Shown piece by piece: positions 25,960 through 36,844 of a stretch of 64,000 nucleotides of DNA. The stretch is from Isurus oxyrinchus (Eukaryota). A model generated the notes under the pieces. It ran no database searches. It worked only from the letters and a program-made list of their open reading frames with translations, and had not been told where the DNA came from. The first letter of the stretch is position 1. Each line of letters opens with the position of its first letter. The position numbers and the translations under genes are program-made. The DNA is taken from contig JANJGN010000003.1 of assembly GCA_026770705.1 (NCBI GenBank), forward strand, positions 143,406,001 to 143,470,000. The letters are read 5' to 3'.

Positions 25960-27282
25960 CAGAATTACCTGGAAAAACTCAGCAGGTCTGGCAGCATTGG
26001 TGGAGAAGAAAAGAGTTGATGTTTCGAGTCCTCATGACCCTTCGACAGAACTAGGTGAATCCAAGGAAGGGGTGAAATATAAGCTGGTTTAAGGTGTTGG
26101 GGGGTGGGTGGGTTGGGTGGGGGGAGAGAAGTGGAGGGGGTTGGTGTGGTTGTAGGGACAAACAAGCAGTGATAGAAGCAGATCATCAAAAGATGTCACA
26201 GACAACAGAACAAAAGAACACATAGGTGTTAAAGTTAAAGTTGGTGATATTATCTAAACAAATGTGCTAATTAAGAATGGATGGTAGGGCACTCAAGGTA
26301 TAGCTCTAGTGGGGGTGGGGGGAGCATAAAAGATTTAAAAATATTTAAAAATAATGGAAATAGGTGGGAAAAAGAAAAATCTATATAATTTATTGGAAAA
26401 AAACAAAAGGAAGGGGGAAGAAACAGAAAGGGGGTGGGGATGGAGGAGGGAGATCAAGACCTAAAGTTGTTGAATTCAATATTCAGTCCGGAAGGCTGTA
26501 AAGTGCCTAGTCGGAAGATGAGGTGTTGTTCCTCCAGTTTGCATTGGGCTTCACTGGAACAATGCAGCAAGCCAAGGACAGATATGTGGGCAAGAGAGCA
26601 GGGTGGAGTGTTAAAATAGCAAGCGACAGGGAAGTTTGGGTCATTCTTGCGGACAGACCTCAGGTGTTCTGCAAAGCGGTCACCCAGTTTACGTTTGGTC
26701 TCTCCAATGTAGAGGAGACCACATTGGGAGCAACGAATGCAGTAGACTAAGTTGGGGGAAATGCAAGTGAAATGTTGCTTCACTTGAAAGGAGTGTTTGG
26801 GCCCTTGGACGGTGAGGAGAGAGGAAGTGAAGGGGCAGGTGTTACATCTTTTGCGTGGGCATGGGGTGGTGCCATAGGTGGGGGTTGAGGAGTAGGGGGT
26901 GATGGAGGAGTGGACCAGGGTGTCCTGGAGGGAACGATCCCTACGGAATGCCGACAGTGGGGGTGAAGGGAAGATGTGTTTGGTGGTGGCATCATGCTGG
27001 AGTTGGCGGAAATGGCAGAGGATGATCCTTTGAATGCGGAGGCTGGTGGAGTGATAAGTGAGGACAAGGGGGACCCTATCATGTTTCTGGGAGGGAGGAG
27101 AAGGCGTGAGGGCGGATGCGCGGGAGATGGGCCGGACACGGTTGAGGGCCCTGTCAACGACCGTGGGTGGAAAACCTCGGTTAAGGAAGAAGGAGGACAT
27201 GTCAGAGGAAATGTTTTTGAAGGTAGCATCATCGGAACAGATGCGATGGAGGCGAAAGAACTGAGAGAATGGGATGGAGTCC
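25960..27282 (-). mobile_element. Young 5'-truncated Penelope element (RT C-terminus, GIY-YIG, pLTR)
   Basis: Uninterrupted 278-aa ORF (26454-27290) with CPRKRCNTC and NLVYCIRCSQCGLLYIGETKRKLGDRFAEH. Flanked by ttcaacatga / ttcaacaaga (TSD-like). Confidence 0.93.
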
Positions 27283-27599
27283 TTCAACAAGAGTTTGTTA
27301 AGGGAAGGTCATGACTGATTTGACTGAACCTTTTGAAGAGGTGACAAAAACAATTGATGAGGACATTGTGGTGTATGTTGCCTACATGTATTTTAGCAAG
27401 GCTTTTGACAAGGTTCCACATGGCAGGCTGGCCAAAAACATAAAAGCTCTTGGGATCTAAGGGAAAGTGGCAAACTGGCCCCAAATTTGGCTTAGTGGCA
27501 GATAGCAAAGGTAATGGTTGACAGGTGTTTGTGTCAGTACTGCTCCTTTACAATTTTATTTTTACGGCCTTGGTTGCTGAAGGTTTGTTTTTTTTTGAG

Positions 27600-29239
27600 G
27601 AAGACATAAGTCAATGTTAAGGGCTTCAGAGACTGGCAAATAACATAGAAAGGAATTCAAAAATATTCTATTGATATATAAAATGGCAAAATGATGTTAA
27701 AGGGGTGAGTAGGGCTGATTAGGAACCAAAAGGGGAATCTATGCATGGAGACTGAGGTATTAAATTAATATTTTGCACCTGCATTTACCAAAAGAGAAGA
27801 TGCTGCCAAAATTGTTGTGAAAGAGGAGCTATTCAATGGATGGGCTTAAAGTTGATAAAGAAATGGTATTAGAAAGGCTGGCTGTACTTAAAGTTAGTAA
27901 GTCATCAGGACCAGATCAGATGTATCTGAGGATATTGAGAAAAGTAAGAGTGGAAATTGCGGAGGTACTGGCTATAATCTCCCAATTCTCTTTAGATACA
28001 GGGATGGTGCCAGAGGATGGGGGAATTACAAATGTGTGCAAGGTGAAGCCCAGCAATTCCAGACCAGCCAGGTTTACCTTGGTGGCAGGAAAGTTTTTAA
28101 AAATGCTAATGCAGGACAAAATTAGCAGTCACTTGGACAAATGTGAATTAATTAAGGAAATCCAGCATGGATTTGTTAATGGCAAAATGTGTGGAACTCA
28201 TTTGATTAAAATTTTTGATGAAGTATCACAGAGGGCTGATGAGAGTAATGCAGCTGATGTGGTATCCATGAACTTCCAAGGTGCCACATAACATTGTCGG
28301 CAAAGTTGAGCCCCATGGACTAAAAGGAACTGTGGCAGCATGGTTATAAGGTTTGTGGAGGAACAGGAAAGAGAGAGTAGTGGTGAATTGTTGTTTTTCG
28401 GACTGGGGGAAGCTGTATAATGGGGTTCTCCAGGGGTCAGTATTAGAACCACTGCCTTTCTTGGTCCATATTAATTACCTAGACTTGGGTTTACAGGACA
28501 CAACTTCAAAATTTACAGATGACACGAAACTTGGAAATATTGTGAACTGTGAGGAGAACAGTGATAGACTTCAAGAGGAGGTAGGCAGGCTGGTAGAATG
28601 GGTAGGCACCTGGCAGATGAAATTTAATGCAGAGAAATGCAAAGTGATACATTTTGGTAGGAAGAACAAGGAAAGACAGTATGAAATAAAGGATACAATT
28701 CTAAAGGGATGCAGGCATAGAGGGGCATGACGGTATATGTGCACAAATCATCGAAGATGGAAAGGTAGATTGGGAAAGAGATTAATAAGGTTTACGGAAT
28801 TGTAAGCTTATAAATAGTGGCATAGAGTACAAAAACAAGGATATTATGGTGAGCCTTTACAAAATACTGGTTTGGCTTCAACTGGAGTATTGTGTCTAAT
28901 TCAGGGCACCACATGTTAAGAAGGATATGAGGATAATGCAAAAAAGATTTGCAAGGATTGTTCCAGGGATGAGAAACTTCAGTTATGAGGATAGACTGGT
29001 GATGCTGTGGCTGTTTTCCTTAGAGAAGTCAAGGTTGAAGGGAATTTGGTAGAGATGTTCAAAATCATGAGGGGTCTGGACAGAACAGATAAAGATAAAC
29101 TGTTCCAATTGGTGGAAGGGCTGAGCACCGGGTGGCACAGAGTTAAAGTGATTAACTAGAGAACCAGAGGCAAAATGAGGAAAAACTATTTTATGTAGTA
29201 AGTGGTTAGGTTCTGTAAGGCAGTGGATGAGAGTGTGGT
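27600..29239 (+). mobile_element. CR1 LINE ORF2 (RT) fragment; its 3' tail resumes at 44285
   Basis: KSSGPDQMYLRILRK, QHGFVNGK, GVLQGSVLEPLPF...KFTDDTKLG. Confidence 0.88.
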
Positions 29240-29399
29240 TGTTTGGGGTTTTGAAAATGCTAAGTGTACCACCTAGCTTGCCATAGTTATGCAACTCTGC
29301 CAGGAGGTAAGCACTGTAGGCTGCCATTTCTAACTAGTACAATAAAGACTCTCACTGAGACAGACATTGGTGATAACTGCTATCTTTATACATGAAACA
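29240..29399 (+). repeat. 5' LTR of a Gypsy element spanning 29240-44284
   Basis: TGTTT...AAACA termini; aligns by eye to 44121-44284; TSD GTGGT at 29235-29239. Confidence 0.9.
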
Positions 29400-29493
29400 T
29401 AGGGGAGAACTTTCCCCATATCGGGCGGGCTGTGCGGGCACGGACACTCTCATGCACTGCCTTACAGAACCTAACCACTTGCTATATAAAACA

Positions 29494-29610
29494 GGGTGGA
29501 ATTTTATGCCGGTGGGATTTTACAGTCCCGCCAAAGTCAATGGACTTTTGAATGGCTCGCCGCATTTTATGGCTTGGCCCCCGCTGCAACATGGCCGCAA
29601 AATTCCACCC
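29494..29610. mobile_element. Small Harbinger-type MITE (117 bp)
   Basis: TIRs gggtggaattt / aaattccaccc; flanked by aca/ata. Confidence 0.8.
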
Positions 29611-29776
29611 ATAGTTTTTCCAATAGCGCCAATTGAGGCCCGCCCAGCATAGATCATGACTCACGAGGGAGCGGGAGTGGACGGACGGCGGTGGGCATGC
29701 ACAGACCACCAAGTCCAATGGCAACCCGACGGCCTGTGTAAATGAAGGCCTGGCAGCCTTTGCAAGGCTGCTCACA

Positions 29777-32060
29777 ATGGCTGGGAGAAGAGCACATCAG
29801 AGGGGCAATGTGCATGATGCAATTCTGGAGGGTAGGCCATCGGGGCAGGTCAGGCCAGAGGGTAGGTCAGCGGGGCAGTGTGGCCCTCATTTCTCCGACA
29901 TGTGCCTAGTTGTCCTCTTGGAGGAGGTGGCAGAGTGGCAGGAGGCCCTTCTTCTAAGGGACGGGAGGCAGGGGCCTCCCCACCTGACCAAACGTGGGTG
30001 GGAGGAGGTGATCGAGTGTGTCAGCTCCCATGATGTGGTGTAGTGCACATGGATCCAGTGTGGCAAAAGATTCAATGACCTTTTGCGCTCAGGAAGGGTG
30101 AGATGCATGTTGCCTCAGGTCACTTCATGCAGTCATCACCCTTTGTCCCCAGCACCTGCCCGCACCACTCCGCCACCTCCCCCCTACTCATAACCACTCC
30201 TCCGCCCCACCACGCCGGCAACTCTGAGTACAGAAATGGCGTTGAATCCCTCACAGCATGGATCCGTATCTGGGTGTGCCAGTAGATATTGCCCATGCTT
30301 AGTTCATCCTGAGAGGGTTGAGTTAGGATGTGTCCTGCATCTGCAGCATGTGTGACACTGATACCCAGAGTATAGAATGGAGATGAAAGTCAAGGGTCTG
30401 CACCTAGGCAGAGTGCTGGAACTGCGAAGCATGTCAAAGTCAGGGTGCTAACATCCTGGGAGGAGAGCTTCCAGTTGGCAGGGCACCAACCTATCTGCTT
30501 GTCTTTGTGTTCCACACACTTGTGCCTTCCTTGCTTAGCAAAGTTATACCTTGTGGTGCCACATGTGAAGGAAGCAGCATTTGGGCAATGGCGGGTGTCA
30601 GCCCTGACTTCTTTGTGTGTGTGTACGGCAGCTGCAGGGTGACGAAGAGCTGGAGCCCTGCAATGTCCCACTCTGGCTGTGTTGGCAGGGATGTGATGGG
30701 AATTCAGGTGCAGGCCAGACTAATCAATGCTCTTCTCTCCTTATCAGGAGAAGATTGCACACAATGCCTCCGAGTGGCTACGGGCTGGCGAAAGCTAGGC
30801 CTAGTTGACAATCCTAACACCTTATGAACAGCAGGCTAAGGATCTGGAGAAGCACCATGCCCCCAGGTCCATCGGTAGCGGTGAGGCTGGGGTGCCACAG
30901 GGAGGTATGTTTGGTGAGCACTCAGGTCACCATGTGTGTCACAGAAGCCATGGCACTGCTGAATGTTCAGTGATTGAAGTTTGCAACATGGGTTGACCAT
31001 TGTTTATGGAAGGATGAGCGCACAATGATCCGGGGGAGCGGCATGCAAATTGACATTGTCTGCACTGTAACTAATCAAATGTCCTCTCTCTTCTTTTCAG
31101 CATCACTGGAGCAAGGCTGGGAGGAGGAGGCAGAGGGGACACCTCTTACACCTGAGGGCCCAGAGGAAATCCACTCACCAGCATCACACCATCTCTGCCA
31201 GGCAGACACCAAGGCAGATACTAGCACCTCGGTGGGAATTAGATCATCACCTAGTGTCCCGGGGCACGGCAGTGAGGGTACTTCACACTCGCTTGAGGTG
31301 CAGGCAGAGAGTGCCTGGGGCACCGGCAGTCAGAGAACTGCTGGGGATCAGGCACATGCTCAGTCGGTGGCTGATGATCTGCCTCTGGAGTCGTCTGTGA
31401 GGCAGCAGATGCTGGAATTGCAGCAGAGTGTGCAGGACGATCTGGTGGAGACACATGAGGCTATGCGTGGCATGGTGCCCATGCTTGAGGAGTCTACGTG
31501 GAGCATCACTTATGCAATGAGCCTCATGGCTGAGTGCCATGCTTCCTCCATGGAAATAGTGGTGACTCTCATGCAGAGGTTCCTCCAGTAGACCAGTCAG
31601 GGTCTCCTGGTGTTGCGCATGGACCTGCAAGTCCTCACAGCGGCATTGGACTTAGCTGGTCAGTGCCAGTGTGGGAGATGGTTTGGGCACCAACTATCCC
31701 AGCTCAGTGCCCATCATCTACAGAGGGCAGGGAGGTCCAAAGCGACCTCACGTCGGCACTGCAGCTGCCTGTCATCTCAGCGGGCTCCTTTCAGGGTGCT
31801 CCGGATGAGGGCAGTTCCTCCGCCCCCTGCCAGTGACCATGGCATTCAATGAGGCTGCGGCGACTGGGGAGATGCTAGCTGTGGAGCTGGCAGCTCTCTC
31901 CCAGGCAGGTCCACCAAAGGCTCCATGGGCCAGACGATGGCCGTCAAGGTCATCGAGGCCAGCAAGACAGCAGAGTGAGCAGGCTGTTGCAGATGCCAAT
32001 GCCAGCGAGAGGGCAACACCAAGACATAGCACTCGTAAGCATAAATTTAAGGCACCTTAG
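29777..32060 (+). pseudogene. Harbinger Myb/SANT-like gene, three exons (~29777-30097, 30749-30904, 31101-32060)
   Basis: PHFSD...LLEEV...WEEVIECVSS...WIQCGKRFNDLLRSGR|gtgaga; ttatcag|GAGAAG...GGAG|gtatgt; ttttcag|CATC. Premature stops at 30041 and 31589. Confidence 0.8.
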
Positions 32061-32379
32061 ACACATCACAGGTTTCTCACTGGTGCTTTTATGTTGGCCC
32101 ATAGTAGTTTCTGGAAGACTTGGTGTGATGTCTAACACCTTTTGTTTTGCTTTATGAAGTTACATTTGTTCCCTCAATAAATTTTGACATGTTGCCATGC
32201 CTCAGGGTGATTCCTTACTCCTGCAAGTGGTCGAGAACCCATGATGTTATGAGTGAGTTGTTTGACATTGAGCTTTATTGACAAGGGCCTTAGTTAATGT
32301 TAGTATCTAGGCAGATTTAGCACTCAGGTATTGAGTGTGGAACCTGCAGCCCTGGCGTTTGTTGAAGGTCCATCTGTGA

Positions 32380-33713
32380 TTGGCTAATAGAAAGTTATTT
32401 GCATTAATGCCTCCTGGGCATCCCTGCCTCCCTGGAGTTTCTGTTGAAGGGTCATTCGGACTCGAAACATTAACTGTGCTCCTCTCCGCAGATGCTGCCA
32501 GACCTGCTGAGTTTTTCCAGGTATTTTTGGTTTTGTCCCTGGTTAATGCCCGGGTCAGTATTTACCCCCTTAGTGTTCTCCTGTGCATGCTCATCCTCAG
32601 GCTTACTGCTGGACTCATTGTGTGCATTCGGGACAACTGCAAATACGTCTTCCTCAACCAGTGCGTCACCCACTTTCCAGTGCCACATTGTGGAGAGCGC
32701 AGCATGCAACTATCAGCGACACACGATCTAGGGGGTACTGGAGCGCGCCCCCTGAGCAGTCTAGGCATCGGAAGAGCATCCTGAGAAGACCAATGGTTCT
32801 CTCCACCACAGCCCTTGTGGAGGCGTGACTCCTATTGTAGCGCTGCTCAGCTTCTGTTCTTGGATGGCAGAGGTGTCATAAGCCACCTTTTGAGGGGATA
32901 GACCTTGTCACCCAGCAGCCAACCATCCAGCCCGGCTGGTGCACTGAAGAGTCTTGACACCTGGGAGTGTCTCAGGATGTAAGCATAATGGGAGCTGCCT
33001 GGGTACCTTACACAGACTTGTCGAATCATCATCCTGTGATCACACACTATCTGCATGTTCATGGAGTGGAAGCCCTTCCTGTTGACGAAGGCTCACCTGC
33101 TGGCGCCTTGATGGCCACGTGTGTACAGTCTATTGCACCCTGGACATGGGGGAAGCCAGCAATCGCGGCAAAGCCTCTGGCTCGCTCTGTCTGGCTGGCC
33201 TGGTCCCAACGGAAGTGGATGAAGGTCAATGCCCATCTGAACAGAGCATCTGCAATCTGCTTGACACAAATGTGGACAACTGATTGGGAGAATCCGCAAA
33301 GATCACCCACCGACCCCTGAAAAGAGCCAGAGGCATAGAAGTTGAAGGCAGCTGTACCTTTAGAGCCACTGGCATGGGGTGTCCACCCACACAGTTAGTG
33401 GAGATCTCAGGGCCAATCACCTGACAGATGGAGGTGACTATCTCCCTTGAGAGATGGAGCCTCCTTCGGAACCGGACCTCTGATATATTGAGGTAGTTAC
33501 ACTGCCGCCTGTGAATCCTGGCAGCAGGATAGTGGCATCTATTGCTGCCCCTTCCACCTTGCACTTCCTGTTGGCCCTGCACCCTTGTGCCTGTGCCTCT
33601 CCTCCCAAAGATGGCTCCCCTGGAGGCTGAATGTGGACTCCTGGCTTCCTCCCCCTCCTGGCCCTCCATTCCTCCTCAGAGGGGGTGCTGCCAGTGGAGA
33701 GCACAAATCCCAT
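32380..33713 (-). pseudogene. Harbinger (HARBI1-like) DDE transposase, frameshifted
   Basis: GDLCGFSQSVVH, GFPHVQGAIDCTHVAIKAP, YPGSSHYAYILRHS, GWLLGDKVYPLKRWLMTP. Confidence 0.92.
32436..32535 (+). mobile_element. Mini Penelope pLTR insert with hammerhead-like core in the transposase 3' end
   Basis: ctgttgaagggtcattcggactcgaaacattaac plus tail; 7-bp TSD tccctgg. Confidence 0.85.
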
Positions 33714-34049
33714 TCCCAGGCTAAGGGAAGGCTTCCTGAAAGCTGCAGGCAGGCCCCAAAAATGATCTTTACTGTAGAGTCCTGACTAAGTCTGTTACTG
33801 TCCCAGCAGCTGGTATGAGTTTTGAAGTATTCCTGCTCACACAGGCAAGTATAAGTAGCTTTCACACTTAAATATCTGAAAGATCACCTTCGCATCCCTA
33901 CTCACCCCTCTTATTCCGCCCATAGATGAGGTTTATACAAATGTCTCCTACCCGCCTGCCCGTTGCCCCTGTGCAACGTCCTGAAGATCGCATGGGCTGC
34001 AAAAAATCGTATTCAATTGCTGCCTCAAGGGCCTTAACTCGCCCGTTAA

Positions 34050-35158
34050 CTAATGGATAAAGGATTGGCTAACAAGCAGAAACCAGAGAGTCGGGATAAA
34101 TGGGTCTTTTTCTGGATGGCAAGCTATAATTAGTGGGGTGCCACAGGGTTCGGTCCCTGGGTCCCAGCTATTTACAATCTGTATTAATGACTTGGATTCA
34201 GGGATAGAACGTACTATAGCTAAATTTGCAGATGACGCCAAAATAGGTGGGAAAGTAAGTTGCAATGAAAGAATAAGAAATTTACAAATGGATATGGACT
34301 GGTTAGGTGAATGGGTCAAAATTTGGCAGATGGAGTTTAACATGGATAACTGTGAGGTTATCCAATTTGGTCATAAGAATAAAAAGGTGATTTATTATTT
34401 AAATGGAGAGAAACTTGAGAATGCTTCAGTGCAGAGGGATCTGGGTGTCCTCGTGCAAGAATCGCTGAAAGGTAGTGTGCAGGTACAGCAGGTAATAAGG
34501 AAGGCAAATGGAATTTTGGCATTTATTGCTAAAGGAATAGAGTATAAAAATAGGGAAGTGTAGTTGCAACTGTACAAGGCATTGGTGAGACCACACCTGG
34601 AGTACTGTGCACAGTTTTGGTCCCCTTACTTGAGGAAGGATGTAGTTGCACTGGAGGAGGTTCAGAGGAGGTTCACTAGATTGATTCCAGAGGTGTGGGG
34701 CTTGTCTTATGAGGAGAGATTGGGCAGTTTAGGCCTATACTTGCTCGAGTTTAGAAGGATGAGAGGAGATCTAATTGAGGTATATAAGATGCTAAAGGGC
34801 TTAAACAAAGTAGACGTTGAGCAGATGTTTCCCCTTCTGGGGCATTCTAGAATGAGAGGCCATAGTTTTAGGCTAAGGGTTGGTAGATTTAAATCAGAGA
34901 TGAGGAGGAATTACTTTTCTCAAAGGGTCATGAATCTGTGGAATTCACTACCTCACAGTGCAGTGGATACCGGGACGCTGAATAAATTTAAGGAGGAGAT
35001 AGACAGATTTTTAATTAGTAATGGGTTGAAAGGTTATGGGGAGAGGGCAGGAAATTGGAGTTGAGATTGAAATGAGATCAGCCATGAATGGTGGGGCAGG
35101 CTCAAGGGGCTGAATTATTTACTCCTGCTCCCAATTCTTATGTTCTTATGTTCTTATA
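34050..35158 (+). mobile_element. Young 5'-truncated CR1 inserted in the Harbinger right arm
   Basis: GVPQGSVPG...KFADDAKIG...LYKALVRPHLEYC reading frame with a single stop (34561); (ttcttatg)n tail. Confidence 0.93.
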
Positions 35159-35289
35159 GCGCACCCACTTTCTGAAATATTTCAATGATGTGTGTTGACG
35201 TTGGAACGCACATCTGACATCACTTCGCATTATTTTACGCATCAGGATGTGGGGCCTGCCCCTGCACACCAATGGGAAAATTCTGCCCA

Positions 35290-36844
35290 TGGTGTCAGAA
35301 AGTGGAGAAAAAATACAATTTTCAAACCTGGAAATGATGCAGACAGGTACTGCAAATAGGACAAAGGAAAAGCACTAAACTGCAGAAAAAGGACAAATGA
35401 AACACAGAGAAAGTCTGTAAGTAAATTACTGAGTAGGTAAAATGTCTGCAGTAAATTTTCCAAACCCATCTTCAGTCGAATTGAAAAGTGATGCATGGGA
35501 AAACTGGCAGTTTATCCACTTACAATGGCAAAACGATGAAATTGCAAAAATACTTCATTAACAAGCCTGAACCGACAAGAGCAACCACACTTTTAACGCT
35601 TCTGGGGAGGGACTTCTACCAAATGCATACCACTCTAAACCTAACCGACGAGCAAAGAAAACAGATGGCAGAGATTTTGAACGCCTTGAACGCACATCTT
35701 GAACCCCGAGTGTACGTTACACATGAATGTTACGCATTCAACACTAGAGTTCAGGGTGAAAATGGGGCCATTGCACAGTACGTGACTATAGTAACACAGC
35801 TGGCAGAATCATGTGAATTCAGACAGCTAAGAGATGATCTGATTAAAAATAAATTGGTCTTAGGCGTGCGAGACCACTTGATGAGAGCAAGCTTACTGAA
35901 AGATGAGACGGTGATGCTAAAGAAAACGATAGACATGTATCAAAATGCGGAAGTTGAGAAATGTCAGATAGACCATATGTATGGTAGAACAGACCAGGAC
36001 ATACATTTTGCTGAGAGACAGTCCAAGCTGAAAGAAAGGAGTAATCGCAGACAAAGGGCAGGATGCAGAGGACAACATACACAGGAAATGAAGGATTGTC
36101 AAGCATGAGGAAAGCAAGAAACAGAATAATTTTGCACACAAGTGTTTGACGAGAAAGAAGCAACTCAAGCCTATACAGGCAGCCACAGGAGTGATATCAG
36201 TAGACAAGTTTGATGAAGAACTATACACCAAAAAACAAGTTGGTTCAGTCAAATCTATAGGCAACAAATGGTTTGTGACTGTTACAATGATGACCATAGA
36301 GGGAGAGTATCAGGCAAACAAGAAATGCCAAATAGATACTTGTGTGTCATGCAACATAATGATCTTCACAGATCTGTGTGAAGTGGTTCAACATGGCAAT
36401 CTGAAAATGAAGTCCTCGAAAGTAAGATTGAGGCTATGTGATGGCATGGTGCTCATATTCAGAGATCAAATTAGTCTGACAACTCAATGCAATGGAAAGA
36501 AGGATGACCTGGAGTTCCAGATCATAGATGGGATGCAATGGCCAATCATCTCAGCTGAAGTAAGTCTAAAGCTTGGACAGATAACCCTAAAGGTGCCATA
36601 GAAAAAGGGAAACAAAACATTCCAGAGTGAGGGAGACAAAATGTAATTAATCCACAAGATGGCTGCTGACCATGTCAGTGCTAGCAGAAGGTAAATGAAG
36701 CAGTTCTACAGGAAAATGTACACCTCAGAGCTGAGCTGGAAGATCTGAAAAGCAAGAATCCAGCTAAGTATATGCCATTGAAAATGCTTAATAAACTGAA
36801 GCCTTCAATGAAATAATGAAAAAAACAAATTTCAGAGACAGTAC
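35290..36844 (+). mobile_element. Gypsy internal region: PBS, gag and protease (decayed, pol largely deleted)
   Basis: PBS tggtgtcagaa (tRNA-Leu-like) at 35290; gag ...CYAFNTRVQGENGAIAQYVT...LAESCEF...LIKNKLVLGV; protease CQIDTCVSCN. Confidence 0.85.

Larger units (their letters stand above)
22730..27535 (+). mobile_element. Old CR1 LINE ORF2 (APE endonuclease to RT), interrupted by three insertions
   Basis: AITE, IAGNFNYPNINW, REGAILDLVLGNE endonuclease motifs. The QHGFVKGRS-like RT motif is split across 25950/27290. Confidence 0.85.
29402..35288. mobile_element. Complete-architecture PIF/Harbinger transposon (convergent Myb gene and transposase, both decayed)
   Basis: TIRs ggggagaactttcccc / gggaaaattctgccc; 3-bp TSD-like ATA/ATG; contains both genes listed below. 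Confidence 0.9.

Noticed and set aside
26454-27290. Intact 278-aa host nuclease gene
   Set aside because: It is the 5'-truncated end of a Penelope ORF, and its start codon comes from flanking CR1 sequence.
32380-33713. Domesticated host HARBI1 gene
   Set aside because: It is frameshifted, interrupted by an insert, and bounded by TIRs together with a Myb partner, so it is a transposon copy.
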